A DNA stretch of 50,297 nt from an uncultured Gammaproteobacteria bacterium (GTDB lineage Bacteria > Pseudomonadota > Gammaproteobacteria > Poriferisulfidales > GCA-002705445): NCBI GenBank assembly GCA_913065025.1, contig CAJYAP010000005.1, forward strand, positions 1-50,297. The letters run 5' to 3'. The position numbers and the translations under genes are program-made. A model generated the notes under the pieces. That model was not told the DNA's origin and did not search any database. It was given only the letters and a program-made list of their open reading frames with translations. Positions within the stretch are counted from its first letter, which is position 1. Each line of letters begins with the position of its first letter. Shown in pieces: positions 31,001 through 41,054 of the stretch.

Positions 31001-31119
31001 TTTTCTACAACTGGAAACATTTCCTCAGGCATTGACTGCCAGGATATTACTCCTATTATAACAACTAGAAATAAAAATAAATTTACAACCAGTGGGTTTT
31101 TTATAGAATAATCTATCAT
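28009..31119 (-). CDS. RND efflux transporter permease subunit (AcrB/AcrD/AcrF family)
   Basis: 1036 aa with two large periplasmic domains, GMVVDDAIIVTEN, GIVVNDS and RARPIILTSVTT motifs. Confidence 0.92.
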   Translation of the reverse strand: MIDYSIKNPLVVNLFLFLVVIIGVISWQSMPEEMFPVVEKDAIKIITKYDGASPEEVEKQVTIPIEDTLDNIQDIDFYYSKSSEGVSAVTLRLKPEADVDELLRSVRDIVDAIDGFPSEADDPEISRVKTRFPVISVSIFGDTRQSLLFKNAKNIKQKIMQLNGVAGVGIAGNRDDEVWVIINPSVISAKNISTREIIDALRNNIRDLPGGSVKALEGDILLRGLGSSSIKSIENITLKNNNIGGQLLLKEIASVEQRLEEENSVGRFNGKKAVNMSVTKTAEASVFDVSKNVREIVNDYSLPQGLKVSVFSDFSKNVKTRLDTVKSSGVIGLSLLLLSLYFFLNSRVAFITAFGIPVSFLVAAFGMYVFGFTINMISLFAFLVALGMVVDDAIIVTENTYRHIENGMEPIAASKLGAREVFWPIVASTLTTIAAFLPMLSISGTLGKFIEVIPLVVTVALLGSLMEAFIVLPSHCASFLKKPKKTNTKKEKWKKALLTYNKYLNICIKNRYLVSSITVGVLIVIITFAVTRIPYYQFGKVDSGQFFINGEASITSSVKDSERLAIKLEEIILSELNEDELESLYTNVGVSFKDFSRFDLGSQYIQIVVSLKKRSPQGFVDYVVTPIFNLSFDNHGKRDRSEKEIINSLREKLSSVAGLQKLAVKKASGGPGGSDIVIGVVGQDQKILTKYAKEIESFLSNIDGVKDAEQDQDPGKVEFKYQINNRGKELGLSQADISESVRTGFLGLETAYFNLKGERVPVRLIYSEKYRNDSSKLYQLPIVLQSGKTIYLAEVADIEVSRGMNTVRRRDGQRLAKISADVDPSIITPLEVTDIFDKKYKEIFKKDASYEYMYLGSKKRSRENFADMKKAAFVSLGIIFFILAVLFKTILDPLVVLFSIPFAVVGVILGHILFGYNLQFLSVIGLLALIGIVVNDSLILIDFLKKLRKAGKDKIQATIEACNVRARPIILTSVTTFLGISPLIFFATGQTKFLSPMAVSLGFGLLFATILILIVLPCFYLIMDDLKEFVIKKIKF

Positions 31120-31129
31120 AATTTTTTTA

Positions 31130-32191
31130 CTATTTAGATATTAAAATATCTTGACCTTCTGACAGAGAAGAAACATCTTTTACTACTATCAAATCGTTTG
31201 ATTTTATATTTCCATTAATTACATAAATTTTTTCAAATCTCGTCAAAATATTTATTTCCTTTTTTTGTAATTTTTTATTATAAATCACAAAAACAAACTT
31301 TTTCCCATTATCGCTTAGAACAGATGAGACTGGCACACCAAAACTTTTGTTAATTTTTGGCAATATAAATTTTGCATTTGCTAACATACCTGATCTCAAC
31401 CTATCATCTTTTATTCTTATTCTTAATAAATGGGTGTAAGTTTCTAGATTTGGACTTGTTTGAAATGATATTAATTTTCCTTTTGAAATAATTTGATTTG
31501 ACGAAACTTCAATATTCATATTTAACTCTAAACCATCAATTACATCCCCTCTTACTTCAACATAAAGATCTAAACTTGAAGTATCTATCAAATTAGCTAC
31601 GATAGTATTGGGGCTTACAACATCACCTTCATCAATATTAATTTCGTTAATAACACCTGAGAAGTTTGCCTTTATAAATGTTTTATGAAAATCTTGTCTG
31701 CTTCTATACATTTTTGATTCTAATTCAATCTGCTTTTGAACAGTTTTATCATATTGGGATTTTGACAATAACGATTTTTTGTCAAGAGCAGCCATTCTTT
31801 CAACTTCTTTAGTTTGCAATTCGTAATTTTTTTTTGCTAGTTCATATAATTTTTTATATATGTAATATTCTTCTAATATTAATATTTTATCTCCAGATTT
31901 TATAAATTCACCTGGCTGTACCAATTTTTTTGATAATCTTCCGCTTATTTCAAATTTTAACTCAGCTTTTTTAGATGGCTCTAATCTTCCAGTATAATCA
32001 ACTATTGGAGCTATATTTTCTATTTTCAACTGCATTGCATCTACAACTACCGGAATAGGCCTATTTACGTTTGCTTCTGGCTCAGGTTGAAAAATAACTA
32101 ATAAAATAGAAATAGATATAAATGCAAATAAAGCTATTATACTAAGCTGACCTTGATTTTTAATGATTTTATAGCTTTTTAGTTTACCCAA
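31130..32191 (-). CDS. RND efflux periplasmic adaptor (MFP) subunit
   Basis: N-terminal anchor, lipoyl-like halves (FEISGR...V.PG; IKANFSGVI), LRSGM and VPVSSV; directly upstream of the RND permease. Confidence 0.88.
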   Translation of the reverse strand: MGKLKSYKIIKNQGQLSIIALFAFISISILLVIFQPEPEANVNRPIPVVVDAMQLKIENIAPIVDYTGRLEPSKKAELKFEISGRLSKKLVQPGEFIKSGDKILILEEYYIYKKLYELAKKNYELQTKEVERMAALDKKSLLSKSQYDKTVQKQIELESKMYRSRQDFHKTFIKANFSGVINEINIDEGDVVSPNTIVANLIDTSSLDLYVEVRGDVIDGLELNMNIEVSSNQIISKGKLISFQTSPNLETYTHLLRIRIKDDRLRSGMLANAKFILPKINKSFGVPVSSVLSDNGKKFVFVIYNKKLQKKEINILTRFEKIYVINGNIKSNDLIVVKDVSSLSEGQDILISK

Positions 32192-32258
32192 AATATTCTC
32201 TCATGAATTAATATAATACAGTCATTATCTCAAATTTTTGCTATATAATATATGTTAT

Positions 32259-34688
32259 ATGATAAATTCAAATAAAATAATACTGTGTGTTTTTTTAATA
32301 TTAAATAGCAGTGCATATGCTGATGAAGCTAATAATTTAGAAGAAAAAAGTTTCTTTTGTTGCTCTATTAATGACTTGTACAAAACTGATTCCTCAATTG
32401 ATAATACTCAAAATCTTCAGCTACAGAATGGGCCTCTCGAAAGTATAAACATTGTAAAAGTAAAAGAACGACCAGATAATACTATCAAAGAAATTCAGCT
32501 ATCAAAAGAAATTATTAATACAAAAACTAAACAAAATATTAGTGATGTGGAAAATTCTTCTATTGGAAGTAGCATAATTACAAATCATGACCTAATAGAA
32601 GTTGAAGCTGATGAGTCTTATTGGCATGAAGGTAAGCAATTAACAATTTTACAAGGTGATACAAAAATTGTTAGAGGCAGTGAGACTATAAGAAGTGAGC
32701 TAACTAATTTTTTACAATTAGAAAACAGGGCAAGATTAAGTGGTCATGTTCAGTATAATGCTGATGGCATAGAAGTTAGAGCACCCTACGCAGAGTATAA
32801 TACCAAAGAGTCTAGAGCTGATTTTATATCTCCTAAATACAAATATTCATCTCTTAATATATCTGGTAAAGCAAGGTATGGAGTTAGATTAAAAAATAAA
32901 AAAATGTTTTTAAAAAATTCTACATATACAACATGTGATTTAATTAATCCTGACTGGAATTTAATTAGTAAAAGTACAGAATTAGATTTTGAAAGAGGTG
33001 TTGGTACTGGTAAAAATGTATTTGTTACGGTCAAAGGCGTCCCTGTTTTCTATTCGCCTTATATGCAATTTTCTTTAGACGAGCAAAGAAAAACTGGTTT
33101 CCTAGTCCCAGATTTTTCAGGGAGCTGGGTAAAAGGTCCAGATGTTATTGCACCTTTTTACTGGAATATAGCAGAAAATATGGACATGTTGATTGAGCCA
33201 TCATATATTCAAGAAAGAGGAAGTCAAATTACATCTCACTTTAGATATTTAAATAATAATTATAAAGGATCAATATTTTTATCATACTTAGATGATGATT
33301 CGCAATACAAAGTTTCTGGAAAAAATACTAGAGACAATAGCGACAGATATAATATTTATTTAGAACATAAGCAAAATTTTAAAAATAATTTGAGTGTCGA
33401 TATGTTGTATGATAAATATTCTGACAAAGACTATTTTGATGATTTTGGATCAGGTATTTCTAGAAGTAGCACATCTTATAAAACTAGGCATTTAAAATTA
33501 AATTATAATTTCAATGGTTGGGATATAAATTCTAGGTTTAAAGGTTATCAGGTATTTGATAAAAATGTTAACTCGTCCTCTAAACCGTATGATATTTTGC
33601 CTGAAATCAACCTTAGTAAGAGATGGGATAAAAAATTTGCGAGTTTTGATTTAAAATCTTCCTTGTCAAAATGGGACCATATATCAAAAGTTGACGGTGC
33701 AAGAGCCGATATTCAAATAGGGCTTGATAAAGTTTTTCAAATGAGAGGAATAAGTATCAAGCCAAGACTAAAAATTCAACATACCAGTTATGACTTAGAT
33801 AATCAGGTTGCAGGGTTTACCTCGACCCCTAGCAAAACAATACCAATCTTTACTCTTGATAATCAGATAACACTTACAAAACAAATAAAAAATACAGATA
33901 TAGCTCATCAAGTAAGGCCACGCATATTTTACTTATATTCAGGTGAAGAAAATCAAGATGATATTCCGATTTTTGATACAGGCCTTAATGAATTTACTTA
34001 TTCTCAATTGTTTAGAGATAATAGCTATTCTGGCTTAGATAGAAATAGTGATACAAATCAGATGACTATTTCCATATCATCAAGCTTCTACAATTTGAAA
34101 GAATTTAGAAATATATTTACAGCTAGTGTTGGACGAATAATTTATTTTGAAGATAGAAATATATCTACTGATAATAATACAACTTATACAACACCAAATT
34201 CAAATATTATCGGTGAGTTGGAGTACAACCCTGTAAAAAATATAAGCTTAAAGTCTACTTTTTTATATGATACAAATGGAAAAAATAATAAAACTCAAAA
34301 AAATATTCATTCTTTTCAATATAGAGGAAAAGGCAACAATGTGTTTAATGCAAGCTACAGATACAGAAAAGATGATACTGAACAAGGCGATGTAAGCTTT
34401 GCTTATGGGATTAATGATCGTTTAAATATTCTCGGTAGATGGAATTATGACTTTAAAAATAATTCAAATGCAGAAAATGCTGGAGATATAGAAACTTTAG
34501 CAGGATTAGAGTATGAAAGCTGCTGCTGGAAAGCAAGGCTTGTTCAAAGAAGATATAAAGTAGATACAGAAATATACGAAAAAGATATACAATTTCAAAT
34601 AATGTTAAAGGGATTTACAGATGTAGGTACCCCTCTTGGAGACCTAATTGCTGATAGTATCAAAGGATATATGGATGAAGAATACTAA
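32259..34688 (+). CDS. lptD: LPS-assembly protein LptD
   Basis: YTTC, GVPVFYSPY, RKTGFL.P, PFYWNIA.N.D, P.FDT, QLFRDN.YSGLDR and GLEYESCCW motifs; ATG at 32259 preferred over the TTG at 32238. Confidence 0.95.
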   Translation: MINSNKIILCVFLILNSSAYADEANNLEEKSFFCCSINDLYKTDSSIDNTQNLQLQNGPLESINIVKVKERPDNTIKEIQLSKEIINTKTKQNISDVENSSIGSSIITNHDLIEVEADESYWHEGKQLTILQGDTKIVRGSETIRSELTNFLQLENRARLSGHVQYNADGIEVRAPYAEYNTKESRADFISPKYKYSSLNISGKARYGVRLKNKKMFLKNSTYTTCDLINPDWNLISKSTELDFERGVGTGKNVFVTVKGVPVFYSPYMQFSLDEQRKTGFLVPDFSGSWVKGPDVIAPFYWNIAENMDMLIEPSYIQERGSQITSHFRYLNNNYKGSIFLSYLDDDSQYKVSGKNTRDNSDRYNIYLEHKQNFKNNLSVDMLYDKYSDKDYFDDFGSGISRSSTSYKTRHLKLNYNFNGWDINSRFKGYQVFDKNVNSSSKPYDILPEINLSKRWDKKFASFDLKSSLSKWDHISKVDGARADIQIGLDKVFQMRGISIKPRLKIQHTSYDLDNQVAGFTSTPSKTIPIFTLDNQITLTKQIKNTDIAHQVRPRIFYLYSGEENQDDIPIFDTGLNEFTYSQLFRDNSYSGLDRNSDTNQMTISISSSFYNLKEFRNIFTASVGRIIYFEDRNISTDNNTTYTTPNSNIIGELEYNPVKNISLKSTFLYDTNGKNNKTQKNIHSFQYRGKGNNVFNASYRYRKDDTEQGDVSFAYGINDRLNILGRWNYDFKNNSNAENAGDIETLAGLEYESCCWKARLVQRRYKVDTEIYEKDIQFQIMLKGFTDVGTPLGDLIADSIKGYMDEEY

Positions 34689-36036
34689 TATAAAATGTTT
34701 TATTTTAATAATAATTTTATTTTGCTCTAACTCGTTCGCAAAGATCCTAGATCAAGCTATTGTAATTATTGAGGATGATGTAATTACTCAGTCTGAATTT
34801 GAGAAAAAACTAAATTTTGTTATAAATCAATATAAGATGAGTGGTAATAGCCTGCCGAACGACAGAAGTGCTTTTCAAAAGCAACTTCTAGATAGCATGG
34901 TAAATATAAGGCTTATGCTAAATTATGCTAGAAAAAGTGGTCTCGTAATTGAAGAATGGATGGTTGATAAGGCTATGGAAGATATGGCTAAAAGATCAGG
35001 TGTTTCACTTACTGAATTTAGAGAGCAAATTATAGAAAAAGGTGCTGACTACAATTTTTTTAGAGAATTTTTAAAAGAAGATCTCATTACAAGAGAAGTA
35101 AAAAGAAGAGTAATATCTCAAAAAGTAAAAATTAGTAAAAAAGAAATAGATGAATTTGTAACACATCAATCCCATATTTTTAAAGAAAATAATCAATATA
35201 AAATATCCAATATACTTATTTCTATTTCTGAAAATCCTTCTATTCAAGAAAAATCATCTGCAAAGAAGAAGGTTGAAATGATAAAGAAAAAATTTTTAAG
35301 TGGTGGACAATTTTCAACTTTAGCTAAAAACTACTCTGATAGTGGTAATGCTTTATCAGGAGGTGACCTTGGTTGGAGAAAGATCAGTGAAGTTCCTAGA
35401 ATATTTTTAGATGAGCTAGAAACATTAGATGTTGGCAAAATTAGTAATGTAATTGAGAGTACAAATGGATATTATATTTTCTACTTAGAAGATAAAAAAG
35501 AAATGGAAAATGTGGAAATAGAAGAAAGAAATGTAAGGCATATACTTATAAAAAGAAATGCAATTGTGACAAATGAACTGGCTTCTAACAAATTGCTAGA
35601 GCTTAAAATAAGAATTGAAAATGGAGAATCTTTTTCAGATCTAGCGAGAGCACATTCCGAAGATACTATGTCTGCAGCTAATGGTGGTGAGCTAAATTGG
35701 TCTGTGAAGGGAAGTTTTGTTCCAGAATTTGAAGATAAAATTGATACGTTACCATTAAATAAAATTAGTGAGCCTTTTTCAAGCCAATTTGGCTGGCACA
35801 TACTAGAAGTGTTAGGAAAAAGAAATCAAGATAATACAGAAATAGTTAAGAGAAGTCTTGCCAAAAGGTATATTACTTCAAGTAGGTCCCAAGAAGTTGT
35901 AGACGCTTGGATAATAGAACTTAAAGAAAAAAACTATATTAAATATCTTGCCGAAAGTAGCCCCAAAATTTATGATAAAAATATAAAAAATAATGATTTA
36001 GAATTACAGCAGATTTGGGATCCATTTTCAAAATGA
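34675..36036 (+). CDS. surA: Periplasmic chaperone/PPIase SurA
   Basis: Signal peptide, SurA N-domain and two parvulin domains (GGDLGW; RHILI...GGELNW...SQFGWH); ATG at 34675 (ORF track starts at 34648). Confidence 0.93.
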   Translation: MKNTNIKCFILIIILFCSNSFAKILDQAIVIIEDDVITQSEFEKKLNFVINQYKMSGNSLPNDRSAFQKQLLDSMVNIRLMLNYARKSGLVIEEWMVDKAMEDMAKRSGVSLTEFREQIIEKGADYNFFREFLKEDLITREVKRRVISQKVKISKKEIDEFVTHQSHIFKENNQYKISNILISISENPSIQEKSSAKKKVEMIKKKFLSGGQFSTLAKNYSDSGNALSGGDLGWRKISEVPRIFLDELETLDVGKISNVIESTNGYYIFYLEDKKEMENVEIEERNVRHILIKRNAIVTNELASNKLLELKIRIENGESFSDLARAHSEDTMSAANGGELNWSVKGSFVPEFEDKIDTLPLNKISEPFSSQFGWHILEVLGKRNQDNTEIVKRSLAKRYITSSRSQEVVDAWIIELKEKNYIKYLAESSPKIYDKNIKNNDLELQQIWDPFSK

Positions 36037-37025
36037 AAAATATTCCTAAAATTCTTATTACTCCAGGAGAACCATCTGGGATAGGTTATGATATTCTTCT
36101 AGATATTCCAAAAAAAAGATTCCCTGCAAATATAATAGCAATAACGAATATTGATCTACTAAAACAGAGAGCGAATATCTTAAAGAAAAAAGTTAATATT
36201 GTAAAAGTTAATATTAATGATAATAATCTTCCTTCAAAATCTAATGACGATATTTATGTCCACGACTTGAATGAAGCTAATAAAGTTAAAATTGGAAAAC
36301 CAAGTATTAAACATGTTCCTTTAATCTTAAAGTCTCTGGATTTAGCAATAGCGTCATGCATTAATAATTTAGCAGATGCTTTTGTGACTGGGCCCGTGCA
36401 AAAAAGTACAATTATGGAGTATGGGGTGAAATTTTCAGGGCACACTGAATATATTGGATTAAAATGTGGGAGCGAACCTATAATGATGTTGCATACTGAA
36501 AGACTTAAAATTGCATTATTAACCACCCATGTTCCTTTATCAGAAGTTCCAAAACTTATTACAAAAGAAAGACTAGAGTCTTATATTGAGATAATTAGCA
36601 AGGACTTGATTGATAAATTTGGTGCCAATAATCCAAAAATTAGCGTATGCGGACTAAATCCACATGCTGGAGAAAATAGCTATATTGGATCCGAAGAAGA
36701 GAAAGTTATAATCCCAGCTATTAACTCTATGAGAGAAAAAGGATTTAACGTTGAAGGTCCTTTTTCTGCAGATACAATATTTACAAAAGATGATACTGGG
36801 CTAATTCTAGCAATGTTTCATGATCAAGCACTGCCAGTCATAAAAACTATTGGCTTTGGAAATATTGTGAATACAACACTAGGTCTTCCAATAATTAGAA
36901 CGTCTGTAGATCACGGGACTGCTTTAGATATAGCTGGTAAAAATTTAGCCGATTCAAGTAGTCTTATTTCAGCAATTAATACTTCAATTAAAATTGTAAC
37001 TGAAAAAAATGCTAGAAAAAGTTAA
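36033..37025 (+). CDS. pdxA: 4-hydroxythreonine-4-phosphate dehydrogenase
   Basis: TPGEPSGIG, FSGHTEY, TTHVPL, GLNPHAGE, MFHDQ and RTSVDHGTA motifs; ATGA overlap with surA. Confidence 0.96.
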   Translation: MKNIPKILITPGEPSGIGYDILLDIPKKRFPANIIAITNIDLLKQRANILKKKVNIVKVNINDNNLPSKSNDDIYVHDLNEANKVKIGKPSIKHVPLILKSLDLAIASCINNLADAFVTGPVQKSTIMEYGVKFSGHTEYIGLKCGSEPIMMLHTERLKIALLTTHVPLSEVPKLITKERLESYIEIISKDLIDKFGANNPKISVCGLNPHAGENSYIGSEEEKVIIPAINSMREKGFNVEGPFSADTIFTKDDTGLILAMFHDQALPVIKTIGFGNIVNTTLGLPIIRTSVDHGTALDIAGKNLADSSSLISAINTSIKIVTEKNARKS

Positions 37026-37782
37026 TCCAAAAAAAAAATTAGGTCAAAATTTTCTAATAAATAAGTTCACAATAAATAAAATATCAGAAATAATAAATAT
37101 ATCTGAAGACGATTTAATATTAGAAGTTGGCCCCGGACAAGGAGCTTTAACGGAAGATATAATTAAAAAAACAAAAAATTATATTGGTGTAGAAAAAGAT
37201 AGTAATCTATGCAATATTCTAAAAAGTAGTTACGGGGATAAAATTACTATAAGAAATGAAGATATATTAGAAACTAATTTTAAAAATATATATAAAAAAA
37301 AATATAGGATTATCGGAAATATTCCATACAATATATCAACAAAATTACTATTAAAGTGCATTGAGAATAAAGAAGATATCACGAATATTCACTTTATGAT
37401 GCAGAAAGAATTTGTTGATAGAATCGTTTCCGAGCATGGTAATAAATCTTATGGAAGACTTACGGTGTTAATACAGCTATTTTTTATTGTAGAAAAATAT
37501 ATTGATATTGATCCTAAAGATTTCTACCCCCCTCCTAAAATTCACTCTTCTTTCATGAGCTTAACGCCTAGAAAAAAGATTTTACTTGCTAAGGATGAAA
37601 TAGAAGACTTTCTTGTTTTTTCAAAATCTATATTTAGCACAAGAAGAAAAAAAATTAAAAACTGCATAAATATCCGGAGCATTAATTTGTATGATAATAT
37701 GGATAAAAGAGCTGAAGAATTAACAATAATTGAAATGATTAAATTATTTAGAGATATTAGAAATGATGGAGAATTTATATAA
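37009..37782 (+). CDS. rsmA: 16S rRNA m6,2A dimethyltransferase
   Basis: KKLGQNFL, LEVGPGQGALT, GNIPYNIST, MQKE, YGRL and F.PPPK..S motifs. Confidence 0.95.
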   Translation: MLEKVNPKKKLGQNFLINKFTINKISEIINISEDDLILEVGPGQGALTEDIIKKTKNYIGVEKDSNLCNILKSSYGDKITIRNEDILETNFKNIYKKKYRIIGNIPYNISTKLLLKCIENKEDITNIHFMMQKEFVDRIVSEHGNKSYGRLTVLIQLFFIVEKYIDIDPKDFYPPPKIHSSFMSLTPRKKILLAKDEIEDFLVFSKSIFSTRRKKIKNCINIRSINLYDNMDKRAEELTIIEMIKLFRDIRNDGEFI

Positions 37783-38143
37783 AGTTGATGTTGAAGTTAA
37801 AACTGAATATGTTGAGTATCAATCTATACCAAGTGAAAATAGATATGTTTTCTCATATACTGTTACTATCAAAAATTCCGGTAAAATACCTGCAAAACTA
37901 ATTAGCCGGCACTGGATTATTTCAGATGCTAATGGAAAAGTTGACGAAGTTAAAGGTCTTGGAGTCATTGGAGAACAGCCTAGATTGCTCTCAAATCAAT
38001 CTTTCGAGTACACCAGTGGAACTATATTAAATACGCCAGTTGGAACAATGCATGGACAGTATCAAATGGTAGCAGATAATGGATATGAATTTGATGCTGA
38101 AATACCTTTATTTTCCCTAAATATACCTAAAATTTTAAATTAA
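37763..38143 (+). CDS. apaG: ApaG protein
   Basis: YVFSYTVTI, LISRHWII.D, GVIGEQP and FEYTSG motifs. Confidence 0.96.
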   Translation: MMENLYKVDVEVKTEYVEYQSIPSENRYVFSYTVTIKNSGKIPAKLISRHWIISDANGKVDEVKGLGVIGEQPRLLSNQSFEYTSGTILNTPVGTMHGQYQMVADNGYEFDAEIPLFSLNIPKILN

Positions 38144-38144
38144 A

Positions 38145-38963
38145 ATGTCTACTTATGCTATTGGTGATATTCAAGGTTGCTACAAAGAATTTAGAAAATT
38201 ATTAAAAGAAATAAATTTTAATAAAAAAAAAGATACATTGTGGTTGGCTGGAGATTTAGTAAACAAGGGCCCAAAATCTTACGATGTCATTAAATATGTT
38301 ATGGATTTAGGCTCAAATGCTATAACTGTTTTAGGAAATCATGACTTTTTTTTAATGGCATCTTATTACAAGCTTGATCCATGGCCTTACAAAAAAAATA
38401 ATTTTGATGATATTCTTTCACACAAAGACAGTGATCAAATAGTAAGCTGGTTAAGAAAACAAAAATTAATTCATTTAGACGATGAATTAGGACATATGAT
38501 TGTTCATGCAGGAATTTACCCAAAATGGAAAATCAAAGAAATGTTATCAATGGCATTTTTGATTGAAAAAGAATTACAAAGTGAAAAATGTAAGCAATTT
38601 ATTAAGACTTTATGGTGTAATAAACCAGATAGTTGGAATCAAAATCTTACTAAGCAAGAAAAATTAATTTTCGCAACTAATGTATTTACACGAATGAGAT
38701 ATTTAAAAAATGATTTATCACTTGATTTTTCAGAAAAATTAAGCCCAAAAGAAGTAAGTACTAGCTTATTATATCCATGGTACGAGATAGATAGTGAGAT
38801 ATATAATAAATATAGAATCATTATTGGGCATTGGTCGACTTTAGATTTTTACGAGAAAGAGAACTTAATTTCTATTGATACTGGTTGCGTATGGGGAAAT
38901 AAATTAACTGCTATAAAGCTTTTAAGTAATAAAAAGATAAAAAGATTTCAGGTCAAGTGTTAA
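38145..38963 (+). CDS. apaH: Symmetrical bis(5'-nucleosyl)-tetraphosphatase
   Basis: YAIGDIQGC, GDLVN.GP.S, LGNHD, VHAG, TRMR, GHWS and DTGCVWG motifs. Confidence 0.95.
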   Translation: MSTYAIGDIQGCYKEFRKLLKEINFNKKKDTLWLAGDLVNKGPKSYDVIKYVMDLGSNAITVLGNHDFFLMASYYKLDPWPYKKNNFDDILSHKDSDQIVSWLRKQKLIHLDDELGHMIVHAGIYPKWKIKEMLSMAFLIEKELQSEKCKQFIKTLWCNKPDSWNQNLTKQEKLIFATNVFTRMRYLKNDLSLDFSEKLSPKEVSTSLLYPWYEIDSEIYNKYRIIIGHWSTLDFYEKENLISIDTGCVWGNKLTAIKLLSNKKIKRFQVKC

Positions 38964-39442
38964 ATATTTCTAATTAAAATCTCAGATTTAAAGCTATGAG
39001 TATTGTTCTCGTTTTTTTCATAGAATACTGAGTCAATAATACTCCAATTAGAAAATTTAATTTTTGGAAAATACTTATCGCCCTCCAGCTCTTCGTTAAT
39101 GGTAGTGAGATAAATCTTATTTGCTCTATTTACCGTCTGACAATAAATATCTTCACCGCCTATAATAAATATTTCTCTTTCATCTTTTAAAGTACTTAGC
39201 GCATTATCCAAGTTATCAAATACCAGTAAATTTGGATCTTTTAATTTTCTAGACAAGACAATATTTTTCCTTTTTGGTAGTGGTTTTCCAATCGATTCAT
39301 AAGTTAATCTCCCCATTATTATAGTACTTCCCATGGTGACTTTTTTAAAATTCTTAAGATCATCCGATAAATGCCATGGCATGTCATTATCTTTTCCAAT
39401 AACTCTATTTTTTGACATGGCAACTATAATAGATATATTCAT
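38960..39442 (-). CDS. folA: Dihydrofolate reductase
   Basis: VIG..N.MPWHL..DL..FK, IMGR.TYESIG.PLP.R.N, IIGG and GD.YFP motifs. Confidence 0.96.
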   Translation of the reverse strand: MNISIIVAMSKNRVIGKDNDMPWHLSDDLKNFKKVTMGSTIIMGRLTYESIGKPLPKRKNIVLSRKLKDPNLLVFDNLDNALSTLKDEREIFIIGGEDIYCQTVNRANKIYLTTINEELEGDKYFPKIKFSNWSIIDSVFYEKNENNTHSFKSEILIRNI

Positions 39443-40237
39443 TTATATAGCTATTACCCCACTAATATGAGGGTGCGCCCTATAATCTTGAATCTCAAAA
39501 TCTTCGTATTTGAAAGAAAGTATGTCTTTAACCTCACTATTTATTTTCAGCCTTGGCAATTTATATGGCTTTCTTAGAATCTGTATTTTAGCTTGCTCAA
39601 GATGGTTGCTATATAAATGCAAGTCCCCAACTGTATATATAAAATCTCCAACGTCATGTCCTAATACATGAGCAATCATATGAACTAATAATGAATATGA
39701 CGCTATATTAAATGGCACGCCTAGGAATGCATCAGCACTTCTTTGGTACAACTGACATGAAAGTTTATTTTTTGCTAAATAAAATTGAAACATGCAATGA
39801 CATGGTGGTAAAGCCATTTCTTCTATTTCGCCTACGTTCCATGCAGAAACTATATGCCTTCTAGAGTCAGGATTATTCTTTAGATTTTCTATCAAATTTT
39901 TTAATTGATCTATGCTAGAACCGTCGTTTTTACCCCAGTTTCTCCACTGAACTCCATAAATTTTCCCCAAGTCACCATTATTGTCAGCCCACTCATTCCA
40001 GATTGATACTCCATTTTTATTTAAATAATCAATATTACTATCACCGTTAATAAACCATAAGAGTTCATGGATAACTGACTTTAAATGAAGTTTTTTTGTT
40101 GTAATTAACGGAAAGCCTTTCGAAAGATCGAATCTAGTCTGATATCCAAATGTAGAAAGTGTTCCTATTCCAGTTCTATCACTTTTTTCAATACCATTTT
40201 CTATAATATGGTTAAGCAAATCAAGATACTGCTTCAT
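39443..40237 (-). CDS. thyA: Thymidylate synthase
   Basis: DRTGIGT, IWNEWA, YGVQWR, MALPPCH and [17 protein letters not shown] motifs. Confidence 0.98.
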   Translation of the reverse strand: MKQYLDLLNHIIENGIEKSDRTGIGTLSTFGYQTRFDLSKGFPLITTKKLHLKSVIHELLWFINGDSNIDYLNKNGVSIWNEWADNNGDLGKIYGVQWRNWGKNDGSSIDQLKNLIENLKNNPDSRRHIVSAWNVGEIEEMALPPCHCMFQFYLAKNKLSCQLYQRSADAFLGVPFNIASYSLLVHMIAHVLGHDVGDFIYTVGDLHLYSNHLEQAKIQILRKPYKLPRLKINSEVKDILSFKYEDFEIQDYRAHPHISGVIAI

Positions 40238-40242
40238 AAGCT

Positions 40243-41013
40243 TTAATTACCTTTTCCTATTTTTAAAAAATATAAACCTAATAAAAACATTGGTATACAA
40301 AGAATTTGGCCCATTGTAACCCAATTCAAGGCTAGATATCCAATATGAGCGTCTGGAACTCTAAAAAATTCCACAGTAAATCTAAATAAAGAATACAGTA
40401 TTAAAAAATATGAGGTCATAACCGACGCTTTAAGTTTTTCGGTAAATACAAAATTTAATATTATAAATAATACTATGCCCTCCAAAATTGCCTCGTAGAT
40501 TTGGGTCGGATGTCTCGGCAAATTATCTATTTTAGGAAATATTACACCCCAAATTATATCAGTTGGCTTTCCCCATAATTCACCATTGATAAAATTTCCA
40601 ACCCTTCCTGTAAATAAACCAATTGGCACTAATCTAACTATAAAATCAGATATCTCAAAAAAAGGTATTTTATTTTTTTTGCAAAAGTAAACAATGGCTA
40701 AGATCACACCAATAAAACCACCATGAAAACTCATGCCGCCATTCCACAAATAAAATATTGTTATAGGATTCTCTAATGTATATGAAAAGTTATAAAAGAT
40801 TGTGTAACCTACTCTTCCTCCAATTAGAATTCCTAAAAAACAGTAAAACATTAAATCAGAAAAATCATCCCTATTAATTCCTACAATATTTTTTTTTATA
40901 TAAAGATTTCCTACGTACCATGCCGATAAAAAGGCTATTAAATACATAATTCCATACCAATAAATATGGAAGTCACCTAGCGAGATAAAAATTGGATTTA
41001 TATCGTGTATCAT
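40243..41013 (-). CDS. lgt: Prolipoprotein diacylglyceryl transferase
   Basis: [41 protein letters not shown] and RF.VEFFR.PD motifs. Confidence 0.97.
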   Translation of the reverse strand: MIHDINPIFISLGDFHIYWYGIMYLIAFLSAWYVGNLYIKKNIVGINRDDFSDLMFYCFLGILIGGRVGYTIFYNFSYTLENPITIFYLWNGGMSFHGGFIGVILAIVYFCKKNKIPFFEISDFIVRLVPIGLFTGRVGNFINGELWGKPTDIIWGVIFPKIDNLPRHPTQIYEAILEGIVLFIILNFVFTEKLKASVMTSYFLILYSLFRFTVEFFRVPDAHIGYLALNWVTMGQILCIPMFLLGLYFLKIGKGN

Positions 41014-41054
41014 TACTAATAATTTTTATTATAAATGTATATAATAGCAGAGCT

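Noticed and set aside
40992-41054. Head-to-head overlap of lgt and yyaL implied by the ORF track
   Set aside because: Artefact of an upstream TTG; the conserved YyaL N-terminus (NRL..ETSPYL) begins just after ATG 41055.
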